The position numbers were made by a program, and so were the translations under genes. Below are positions 52,862 through 64,000 of a DNA stretch of 64,000 nt, piece after piece; within the stretch, counting starts at the first letter, position 1, and each line of letters starts with the position of its first letter. This stretch comes from Octopus sinensis (lineage: Eukaryota). Under the pieces are notes generated by a model, which saw only the letters and a program-made list of their open reading frames with translations, was not told the origin of the DNA and searched no databases. The DNA lies in contig NC_043009.1 of NCBI RefSeq assembly GCF_006345805.1, positions 66,464,001-66,528,000 of the forward strand, given 5' to 3'.

Positions 52862-53843
52862 CATTATTATCATTATTATTATTATTATTATTATCATCAG
52901 CAGCAGCAGCAGCAGCATTATTATTGTAACTGTTGTTGTTGTTGTTATTGTTATCATCCTCATCCTTCTCATCCTCCTCATTCTCCTCATCCTCATCATC
53001 ATCATCATCATCAAGGTAGCTTCACGAAGAAGTTTTATATTTTGTTTTTGTTTCTTTTTCTAAAGAAGGGTGCTCGAAGCGTTTGGGCGTGTTTGTTTAC
53101 TTGTTCCGGGTAGAAGGAAAATTCTGTCTCTTTGGATGTTTATATTAACTCGTAAAAACTTTTGATCACTCTTGATTGAATATGTCTTCTTATAGGAGAA
53201 TGAGAACGAGAACAGGTGAAAGTTACGAACGAAATAGCAACGGTTACGTCACCAAATGGAAAAAGTCTGAAAGCAAGAGAACACATTTTGGAATAATGCG
53301 GCAAGCAGAACAAAAAGAAAATGAATACACTAGAAGAAGCAACAAATTAAAAGCATCCCGTTGTTTCTAAGAACATTGATAGAATGTGCTCGATATAGAG
53401 CGAGTTCTGGGTACACAAGAATATGGCAGAGAAATGTTACAAAGAGTAGTACCACCTCGCCCTAGGAACGGAGAAGAGCAAACAACAAAAAACGGAGACG
53501 CCTTTCTTATAGATTCAAATACCATAATTCGGAGGGGAATTATAAGTACTCCCGTGACCATGCTCGGGAATGTGAAAGACATGGTGAGTTAACGAGTGTT
53601 GTTGGTGCGTCGTACAAATTGGTGGCGTAGAATATGAGGATACGAGACACGTGAGACACCACCAGGAACATTTGCAGTGAAATTGACAGCTCATTCGTCG
53701 ACCACATTTGTGATGGTGTACGTATAGATAGCGAGGGCTTAGGTACGCGCCTACATATGCACAAACATATATACATAAATTTATACAGATAGCTAGCTAC
53801 CTAGATTGATTGATTGATTGATTGATAAATAGATAGAGAAACA

Positions 53844-53889
<46 letters not shown>

Positions 53890-54035
53890 TATAATATATA
53901 CATATATATATATATATACATATATATAGTATATATAATCGTATATATATATATATATATTATATGTATATATATATATATATATATAATATAATGTGTG
54001 TGTGTGTGTCTGTTTCTCTATACATGTATCAATCA

Positions 54036-54067
<32 letters not shown>

Positions 54068-54215
54068 TAGGTATATATATAAAGTTAATCCAAACAAGAA
54101 AACAAAAACAAAAAAAACAACAACGCAAGGACGTGGAACAAATAAAGTATTATTGGACGCTCAGGAAAGAAGGGAAGAAGGATGGTATATATAGACAGAT
54201 AGATAGATAGGTAGG

Positions 54216-54248
<33 letters not shown>

Positions 54249-54256
54249 AAAGAGAG

Positions 54257-54330
<74 letters not shown>

Positions 54331-54332
<2 letters not shown>

Positions 54333-54512
54333 CGCTAGTCACTACACATTCTTGATTTTCTCTCCCTGTTTCTTTCTGTGATCCTTTCTGTGGAAGAGCG
54401 TAGGCTCGAAACGTTAAAGACTTTTTCACTTCTCGAGCGTTATACTAATACATCTGTTTGTTGTCTACTACACCTATCTTCAGCTTTTGTTCTTTTTTCG
54501 TGAATTCTCCCT
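54331..54512 (+). mobile_element. Penelope-like terminal repeat family P2 with hammerhead-like motif (54384-54419)
   Basis: cttt-CTGTGGA-A-GAGC-gtag-GCTC-GAA-ACGT-T-aaag. Confidence 0.65.
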
Positions 54513-54647
54513 ATATATGTACATATATGTATGAATAATGCATGTATATATATATAGGATGTATATATATATAATATAGATATATATAATATATATATAT
54601 TATATATAATATTACATGTGTGTGTGTGTGTGTGTGTTGTGTGTGCT

Positions 54648-54859
54648 TAGGAAAAATACAGGTTGAAAATGCACTGAGAATAGTTAAAATATACTTTATC
54701 AAAATATTTGAAGCCTTAACTTGGCTCACAGTTTACACTGATTTTCAAAAATTTCAAATAGAATATCAGTGTAAACTGTGAAACCGGCTAAGGCTTCAAA
54801 TATTTCGATAAAACATATTTTAACTATTCTCAGTGCATTTTCAACCTGTATTTTTCCTA
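54648..54859. mobile_element. Fold-back (almost fully palindromic) MITE-like element, 95-bp arms and 22-nt spacer
   Basis: 54648-54742 vs 54765-54859, about 8 mismatches, outer 45 bp perfect; begins and ends with TA. Confidence 0.85.
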
Positions 54860-54912
54860 TATTTCTACACGTGTGCAATAAAATACCTTTGATATATATA
54901 TGTATGTATGTA

Positions 54913-54960
<48 letters not shown>

Positions 54961-55011
54961 GTGTGTGTGTGCCTGTGTGTCTGTGTGTCAGTGTATAAAA
55001 ATGTATGTATA

Positions 55012-55375
<364 letters not shown>

Positions 55376-55800
55376 GAATAGAATAGAATAGAATAGAAAT
55401 CATTATCTATTATGCTTTCACAATCGAAACCACCATCATAACTCGTGTTTCTCTCTTGCAAAACCAGTTTGCGCTGATAAATTACAGAGGATCTTCGAAG
55501 AATCAATTACGATAGGAGAGCTTCTAGCCGATTTTTGGCAACATTTTTCATTTCTTTTGAATCCAAAATTCCTATAAATCTTGCCGAGAATCTCTTTTAC
55601 TCTCCTGTCATGTCTTCTCTTGTATTCTTTCTGTAACTCTCGTTACATTCATTTGGAATATGGCGGACATTTTCGTCTACATTGTTGCACAAAACTACCT
55701 TCACTATTATTGTCTCGAGACAGCGAGTGAACCGATACATTGTTGTGGCTAAGATGGCTAGAAATAGCAACCAAAGCTTCCTCAGATCATATTTACTCTC

Positions 55801-56094
55801 TTTTACTTGTTTCAATCATTTGACTGCGGCCATGCTTGAGCACCACCTTTAGTCGAGCAAATCGACCCCGGGACTTATTCTTTGTAAGCCCAGTACTTAT
55901 TCTATCGGTCTCATTTGCCGAACCGCTAGGTGACGGGCACATAAACACACCAGCATCGGTTGTCAAGCAATGCTAGGGGGACAAACACAGACACACAAAC
56001 ATACACCACTCACACTCGACCACCCACCCACACACGCACACACGCACACACACGCACACACACACATACACAAACACACACACACACACCACAC

Positions 56095-56144
<50 letters not shown>

Positions 56145-56317
56145 TTATTACACACATATATACGACAGGCATCTTTGAGTTTCCGTCTACCAAATCCACT
56201 CACACAAGGCATTGGTCGGCCCGAGGCTATAGTAGAAGACACTTGCCCAAGATGCCACGCAGTGGGACTGAACCCGGAACCATGTGGTTGGTAAGCAAGC
56301 TACTTACCACACAGCCA
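55801..56317 (-). mobile_element. SINE family B, full length with internal CA and TA tracts
   Basis: Reverse complement from ttttacttgtttcaatcatttgactgcggcc to cttaccacacagcca. Confidence 0.95.
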
Positions 56318-56574
56318 TTTCCGCACTTATAGTAGTCTTAAAAACATGAAAGCTCATTCAAATTACCACCAAATTACAGTATTTGAATAAGTGGAAGAAA
56401 AACACTTTAGATGGTGTGGTCACAACTGGAATGCGTCTGATCATCAGGCGGCTCTGCCAGAGCTCACCAGGGGCTAAACATCAACAGTAAAACCAACAAG
56501 ACCATATCAACAAACATAATCACTGCTATCATCACCACAACTGCAACATCAATAACAACAATACGCTAACAGCA

Positions 56575-57305
56575 CCAGTAATACCACAACAAATACTCCC
56601 ACCACTACCACAACGACCACTGCCACTATCACCACCACCACCACAACTACCACCACCACTACCACCAAAACCACCATAACCAACACCACCACAGCCACTA
56701 CCACCACAACAACAACCACCATTGCCACCACAATCACCATCACAACAAGCATCACAACCACCACAATCTTCGCCACCACCACCACCACAACCATCACAAC
56801 CACCACCAACAACAACACCACCACCACTGCCACCACAGCCACCACTACCTCCACCATCACTACCACCACAACCTCAACCACCGTCACCTCCATTACCACC
56901 ACCACTACCATCACCACAACCAACACTACCACCACCGCTACCGCCACAACCACCATAACCACCACCACCACACCACCACCACAACCATCACAACCACCAC
57001 CACCACCACCACAACCATCACAACCACCACCACCACAACCATCACAACCACCACCACCACCACCACCACAACCATCAAAACCACCACCACCACCACTACC
57101 TCCACCATCACTACCACCACAACCTCAACCACCGTCACCTCCACTACCACCACCACTACCATCACTACAACCAACACTACCAACACCACTACCACCACAA
57201 CCACTACTACCACCACTACTACTACCCCCACAACCACCACCACCACCACTGCCATCACAGCACCAACTGCTATCACAACAACCGTATCATCACAATAACC
57301 ACCGC
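56575..57305. repeat. (ACC/ACA/ACT) low-complexity tract with an internal duplication of about 95 bp
   Basis: accaccactacctccaccatcactaccaccacaacctcaaccaccgtcacctcc.. occurs near 56840 and near 57090. Confidence 0.9.
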
Positions 57306-57750
57306 CATTTCTATCTAATTATTCAGTTGAAAATATTAAATTTCATTTGGTCCATTTTTTTCATTTGTTTTTTCTTTGTTTTGTAATAGCTTTTGCAATG
57401 AAGAAAGGAAATGTGTGTGTGTGTGTACGTGTATGTTTATTTGTGTGTGTGTGTGTACGTGTATGTTTATTTGTGTGTGTGTGTGTACGTGTATGTTTAT
57501 TTGTGTGTGTGTGTGGCATGCGAAGGTCTAAATATTTGTACCATAGTGAAAGCTATATATGTCTGTATATTGTAATAAAAGGTGTCTGCTTGAGTTTGTG
57601 TTGTCCTAAAGATCTGTAAGTGTGTGTGTGTGTGTTTGCCCCTGTGCGTATGTGTGTGTTTGTGTGTGTTTGCCCCTGTGCGTGCGTATGTGTATGTGTG
57701 TGTTTGTGATATTTTGAAGGTGTGTTAATATTGTAGTGAAGGACTATAAG

Positions 57751-58241
57751 TATTCTTTTATTCTTCCACTGGTTTCAATCGTTAGGCTGCGGTCATGCTG
57801 GGGCACCGCCTTAAATAATTTCAGTCGCATGAATCGACCCTCGGCTGTTGTTTTTCTTTTAAGACTGGTAAATCATTCCATCGGTATTTTTCACCGAAAC
57901 GCTAAGTTACAAGGACCTAAACACGCAACTCCGGTTGTCAAGCGGTGGAGGGTGACAAACACGGACAGTAATACATACACACAATCACACACACACATAC
58001 ACACACTCACTCACAAACACACACTCACACATACACACATACACACACTCACTCACACACACAAACACACTCACACACGCACACATACGACGGGGTTTCT
58101 TTCAGTTTCCATCAACCAAATCGACTCAAAATTTCTTTGGTTGGCCCAAAACAATTTCTCAAGGTGTCACATAGTGGGACTGAACCTTGGACCATGCGGT
58201 TGGGAAGCAAGTTTCTTAACCACACGGCCACGCCTGCGCCT
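57751..58241 (-). mobile_element. SINE family B, full length
   Basis: Reverse complement of tail, CA tract and head ending ccacacggccacgcctgcgcct. Confidence 0.9.
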
Positions 58242-58769
58242 AAATAAACAACAGGAAATGATTGTGTGTGACGTGGCGATGCTTTCGAGATTCGAAGAAC
58301 GTAGCCAAGGTTTATATGTAAGAGGGTGTGTGTGTGTGTATGTGTGTGTGTGTGTGTGTGTGTATAGTAGTGAGGATCTGTATTCTTATGTGAAAATGCT
58401 GTAGTGTAAGTGTGTATGTGTGTAAGTATATGTATGGTAGTGACTGTTTCTATGTGTGTATGCGAGTATTATAACGAATGTCGGTTCGTCTGTATAACCG
58501 TTTGAGTGTGTGGATGTCTTTATATTCAGATAATTTGTTATATATGTGTGTGTGTATGTGTGTGTATGTGTGTGTAATATTTTCTTTATGTGTGCGTGTG
58601 TGTGTTATGGCGAAGGTTCCTTATGACCGTGTTTATAATTCCTGTTTGTACAAATGTGTAATTTCAAGAGCAAGCATGAGTATAAATGTTTATGGATGTG
58701 TGTGGATGTGTGTATCAGTGTGTGTGTGTGTGTGTGAGTGTGAATGTGTGTGTATGTGTGTGTATGTGT

Positions 58770-58807
<38 letters not shown>

Positions 58808-59264
58808 TTGAACTTCTTACAGTGCGTGTTGTGGGCGATTTTAGTGTCTGTGTGCGTGAATTTGTAAGTGTGTATAAATGTGTGTATATATACGTGTAAT
58901 TTTCAAAGGGTGTATATGGTCGTGTAACTCTAAGTGTGTAGGTGATTGTTTGTTGCGGGTAGTATAAAACTTTGTGTGGAATTTTTTCACATTTTTTTCC
59001 ACACTAATTCCATATAAAAGAGGAAAAAAATAAAAACAATTTTTTTTTCTAATTCTCTGAAAATAATTCCAACCGGCGACGACGTTTCATTTTAAATATG
59101 TTTTTATTTAGTTTTATTTTATTTCAAATATTTTTTTAAATTTTAATTTATACCTGTTTTGTTCTGTTTGTAAGATGTCCAGCAAAAATCAAATCGAAAA
59201 TAGAAGTGAAGACAAATATAATAATGGAAATTAGAGAAAAATAATCGAGAAGGAAAAACAGAGA

Positions 59265-59610
59265 GGGTGAAGGGGAAGGGTGGGAGGAGAAGGAGAAGAA
59301 GAAGAAGAAGAAGAAGAAGAAGAAGAAGAAGAGAAGAAGAAGAAGAAGAGAAGAAAAGGAAACGATCAGGGAATAGTGAGAGTGTAAGAGATCAGGCAGA
59401 CGGAGTGAGAAAGGGGAGAAATAGAGAGAGAAAACGAGGGAGAGAACGAGAGAGCGAGGGAGAGAAAGGAGAGAGAGGGAGAGAAAGGAGAGAGAGGGAG
59501 AGAAAGGAGAGAGAGGGAGAGAAAGGAGAGCGAGGGAGAGAAAGGAGAGAGAGGGAGAGAAAGGAGAGAGAGGGAGAGAAAGGAGAGAGAGGGAGAGAAA
59601 GGAGAGAGCA
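59265..59610. repeat. Polypurine tract: (AAG)n plus 19-bp minisatellite gagggagagaaaggagaga in about 8 copies
   Basis: Direct reading; minisatellite about 59456-59607. Confidence 0.9.
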
Positions 59611-60312
59611 AGAGGACGGATTTAAAGAAGGCGGGATAAAGCAGCCATCAGAGAGAAGAGAGATTCTGAAATAGGAGAGAAATGCGTTGTTAAAGGTTGT
59701 TGTCGGGGGATGAAAGAGATGAAAAAAAATAATAATAATAATAAAATATATAAAAAATAAAGATAAAAGATAACTAAAAATACATCACAAGGAAATTACA
59801 TACAGTTATATATACATATACATATATATATATGTACACACACACACACCACACACACACACAAACACGCATGCGTGCATAGTCACATAGCTACACACAA
59901 ACGTAGATTGGTACATGGGTACCTGTGTACGTACATATATGCATACATACTGATACACATACATACGCACAAACATGCGCACACGCGCACACACACGCAC
60001 ACACACATACACACACACACACACACACATATGTACCATTACACACACTGAAAGAATAAGACTAAATCACAGACCTGAATAGTCAACACTTCCTAGGAAA
60101 CATAAACACAGATACTATGACACCTACCTGCTCCCATACAACCATAATCACACACATATATATATACACACACATATATACACACATAGTCCATACGTCC
60201 ATACATACGTACATGCGTACATATATATGGATATGAGTGTGTGCATTGAGAATTACATATATATATATATATATGCAATAATAAATCTCAGAGCGATATA
60301 TATATATATATA

Positions 60313-60363
<51 letters not shown>

Positions 60364-60485
60364 GCTACACACCTACCGACTCATATAAACGCACACACAG
60401 GAAGAGAAAAACATACACACGCACGATTTACACGTGTACATACATACATAATTACAAACTACCAATTATACACTGAAATTCATAA

Positions 60486-60517
<32 letters not shown>

Positions 60518-60613
60518 TCAATAATTGTAAAAATCAAAGCAAATACCCTTCGTATATATATGCCGGTGTGCACATTTACATACATATATACACAAATATG
60601 CATGCACATATGC

Positions 60614-60646
<33 letters not shown>

Positions 60647-60755
60647 ATACTTTTATGTGTATTTATAGACATGTATATGAGTATATATATATATATATAA
60701 TATATATATATATATATACTTTTATGTGTATTTATAGACATGTATATGAGTATAT

Positions 60756-60789
<34 letters not shown>

Positions 60790-60859
60790 GACATACATAC
60801 AGGTTTATATATACACACATATGTATGTATATACGTGAGTGTGTGTGTGTGTGTGTGTG

Positions 60860-60899
<40 letters not shown>

Positions 60900-61284
60900 A
60901 TATACTGAAAATTGTAATTAAAAAGAAAATTATTTGAATTGATTTCATTTTAAAATTGGTTTTGTTTTAAACATTTCTAGTAAGATGTCAGAATATTCAT
61001 TTCATAAATTATAATATTGCTACATCTAATTGGAGAAATGTTCTCCCCATGACAACTCTACATATCTTTTAAATCCTCGTTTGTCATGGACGAAATATTT
61101 ATGAGAAAATTATTCTTGCATTGAGCGGAAATAAAATAACACACACAACACACACACACACATCCTATGTATTTACAATCACACACACACATATAGATGC
61201 ACACAAACACATTCACACAACCAAACATTCATAGTTGCTCAGGCAGGAACAAACACAGACAAACTCTCGCATCTCTCTTTCACT

Positions 61285-61319
<35 letters not shown>

Positions 61320-61552
61320 TGCAGTTTCTCTGTGTTTCTCTCTTCCCCTCTTCTATATGTATGTATGTGAATGTATTTATATATGCGTATATACATATAA
61401 TGTGCATATATATATATGAATATTCTTATATACGTGACGATATATATATATATATTATATATATATATATTATATATATATGCCTATATATAAAAAACAT
61501 ATGTATATGCATGTATATATATATATACATATATATGTATGTATGTATATGC

Positions 61553-61583
<31 letters not shown>

Positions 61584-61610
61584 TACATCAATACACTCAC
61601 ATATATAGGC

Positions 61611-61642
<32 letters not shown>

Positions 61643-61743
61643 GTAATAAACAGTTTATTGATATCAAAAAACAAATGGTAACCTAGAATTTGGGGTTAAT
61701 CTTTGTCTCACTTTTACACAGACATACATCCACCACATATCTT

Positions 61744-61823
<80 letters not shown>

Positions 61824-62392
61824 TCTCTGGTTTGATTTTATTTTACAGCCATTGAATATCCAAGTGTGACAACTTTGATAGCAATAATATAATGAGTGTC
61901 TGTTAGATATCCCCTGTGAAATCGGTTGATAGCCATATTATGAGTGGCTATAAAAGATATAGTGAGAAAAACGCAGTTTTTCTTTTATTATTACCACTGT
62001 CGCGTCACTGAAAACCGGCTTTATGGATTCTGCTAAGCCACTTTCTTAATTATATTTATTTATTTAGTTAGTTTTGCAACAACAACAACAATAACAACAT
62101 CAGCAGCAGCACAAACAACAACAACAACACCAATAATAATAGTAATAGCAATCTCTGTTAATTTTGTAGCATAACTTCATTTAAGTACGATGAAGACAAA
62201 GTGAAACTCAGATTGTCAGTAAACTAACTGGTGATGGTCTTTAATATTAGTCATTAAGTCAGTTCACTAAGTTCAATTACAGTAATTCTTTTCTCTTCAA
62301 CACAGTTAAACGTTTCATTAACCTCGTACACAAAACTGTCTTACCATTAAGCTATTTGGGATAAAAATAAAGTTTTTGCCGTCGAACGAAGT

Positions 62393-62815
62393 CGGCGAAC
62401 TGGCGGAATCCTTAGGAGGCCGGACAAAAAGTGGAGAAACCTGGTTCTAGCTTATGAGTTCAAATTCGGCCGAGGTCGACTTTCCTTTTCATCCTTTCGG
62501 AAAGACAGACAAAATAACGTTATTCTTTTCTACTCTAGGCACAAGGCCCGAAATTTTGGTGGAGGGGGACCAGTCGATTAGATCGACCCCAGTACGCAAC
62601 TGGTACTTAATTTATCGAACCCGAAAGGATGAAAGGCAAAGTCGACCTCGGCAGAATTTGAACTCAGAACGTAAAGACAGATGAAATACCTATTTCTTTA
62701 CTGCCCACAAACGAGCTACACACAGAGGGGACAAACAAGGACAGACAAACAGATTAAGTCGATAACATCGACCACAGTGCGTAACTGGTACTTATTTAAT
62801 CGACCCCGAAAGGAT
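62393..62815. mobile_element. SINE family A: truncated + copy (62393-62500) facing a - dimer (62522-62815)
   Basis: Dimer junction gaaatacc|tatttcttt at 62690/62691 is the reverse complement of aaagaaata|ggtatttc. Confidence 0.9.
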
Positions 62816-63852
62816 CGAACTGTCAAACTTTTGCTCGTAAAAATTAACTTTTGCACTCAAATGCATTAAGTGTTCGATCTGCAGATACATCTCTCTCTCT
62901 CTCTCTTTTCCTCTCGTCTCCTCTCTCTCCTCTCTCTCCTCTTTATCCTCTCTTTCCTCTCTCCATCTCTCTCTCTCTCCCCCTCTCCTCCTCTCTTTCT
63001 CTCCTCTCTCTCTCTTTTTTCTTTTGCTATACATGTAGGTGTGCATGTGTGTATGCGCACCTCTGTGTGTGTGTGTGTGTGTGTGTGAGTGTGTGTATTC
63101 ATGTATTTGTGTGTGTATGTGTATGTGTGCGTGCGTGTGTGTGTAAAAGGACATCTGAACCGTTTCTGTCAACCAAATTTCACTTTGCAATTTTCTGCCG
63201 AAACCGAGTTTATGAGAACTGACATTTCATCTTGAGATTGTTGCTCGATAGAATCGAGCCCTGAACCACGAAATTACGATAGAATTTCTTAGCCACACAA
63301 TATTAAAGAGTGTGGTGGGTGGGTGGATAATGGTGTGTTGTGTGGGTACTGAGAGGTGCCGAGTGCTAGTGTGTATGGAGTGGGAAGGTGTGTGCGGGGT
63401 TGTGGGAATCTGTGGGTTTGGTGTTGGGTGAAGAGAGGTGGCAAATTGAGACCATAAGGAGCAAAGGAATGAAGGAATATATATACATCCCCATACCCCA
63501 CCCTCACATCTCACTCCCACATACCCCACCCTTACCACCACATCCTCGCCCCAAACCCACACCCCACACTCACATCCCCACACTCTTCCCTTGCAACCCC
63601 ACACCCCAACACCGTCACACCACACACCACCATACCACATCACACCACACCACATCACGTGATCATCCACACACCCACACATTACAGATGCACACACTTA
63701 TATACGCACACATCTACGCATCAAACTCACCAGCCCATGTCCACAAGCACATTTACAAACTCTCACATGCGCATCTTCGTTTTGGGATCACCAATACTTT
63801 ATTATCTCCCCTTTTTCCTAGCCCTCCTGTCTAACCACCTCTGTCCAGCCAG

Positions 63853-63992
63853 CCGCCATGATTGACCGCTAACTTCAAAAGTTTTTTTATTCTCTCTTTT
63901 ATTTCCTCATGTTCCTTTCTGTTGAAGAGCGTAGGCTCGGAACGTAAAAGATTTTCTCACCTTCCTGAGCGTTAAACTAATACACCTGTTTT
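63853..63992 (+). mobile_element. Penelope-like terminal repeat family P2 with hammerhead-like motif (63915-63950)
   Basis: cttt-CTGTTGA-A-GAGC-gtag-GCTC-GGA-ACGT-A-aaag. Confidence 0.65.
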
Positions 63993-64000
63993 TTCTTTAT

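Noticed and set aside
53386-53592. Candidate exon ending ATG|GTGAGT
   Set aside because: No polypyrimidine acceptor, short, and no recognisable domain.

Overview
Eukaryotic, AT-rich, extremely repeat-dense non-genic or intronic DNA. The tRNA-Arg-type SINE and the heavy (TA)n/(CA)n/(GATA)n/triplet load point to a coleoid cephalopod, probably Octopus (inference, not verified). No intact host protein-coding gene, rRNA, true tRNA or CRISPR array can be supported, and almost all listed ORFs are microsatellite translations. Supported content: three tRNA-derived SINE families (A, B, C) in many copies; 3' fragments of RTE/BovB-type LINEs; L1/Tx1-type ORF1 (gag-like) and ORF2 (RT) fragments; a Penelope-like GIY-YIG fragment; decayed mariner, pogo/Tigger and hAT transposases; MITEs of Tc1/mariner, hAT and piggyBac type; a non-autonomous Helitron; and one 100-N gap. 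Most interesting: (1) three distinct families of minimal hammerhead-ribozyme motifs in Penelope-like termini, including a back-to-back inverted pair and a family with a fixed non-canonical core; (2) a SINE that multimerises head-to-tail at one fixed junction in the loop of its own 5' hairpin, with a 4-unit array inside one 17-bp TSD, and that inserts antisense into its own core; (3) three long near-perfect hairpins; (4) a Thr/His-rich ORF whose repeated motifs differ only at synonymous positions.
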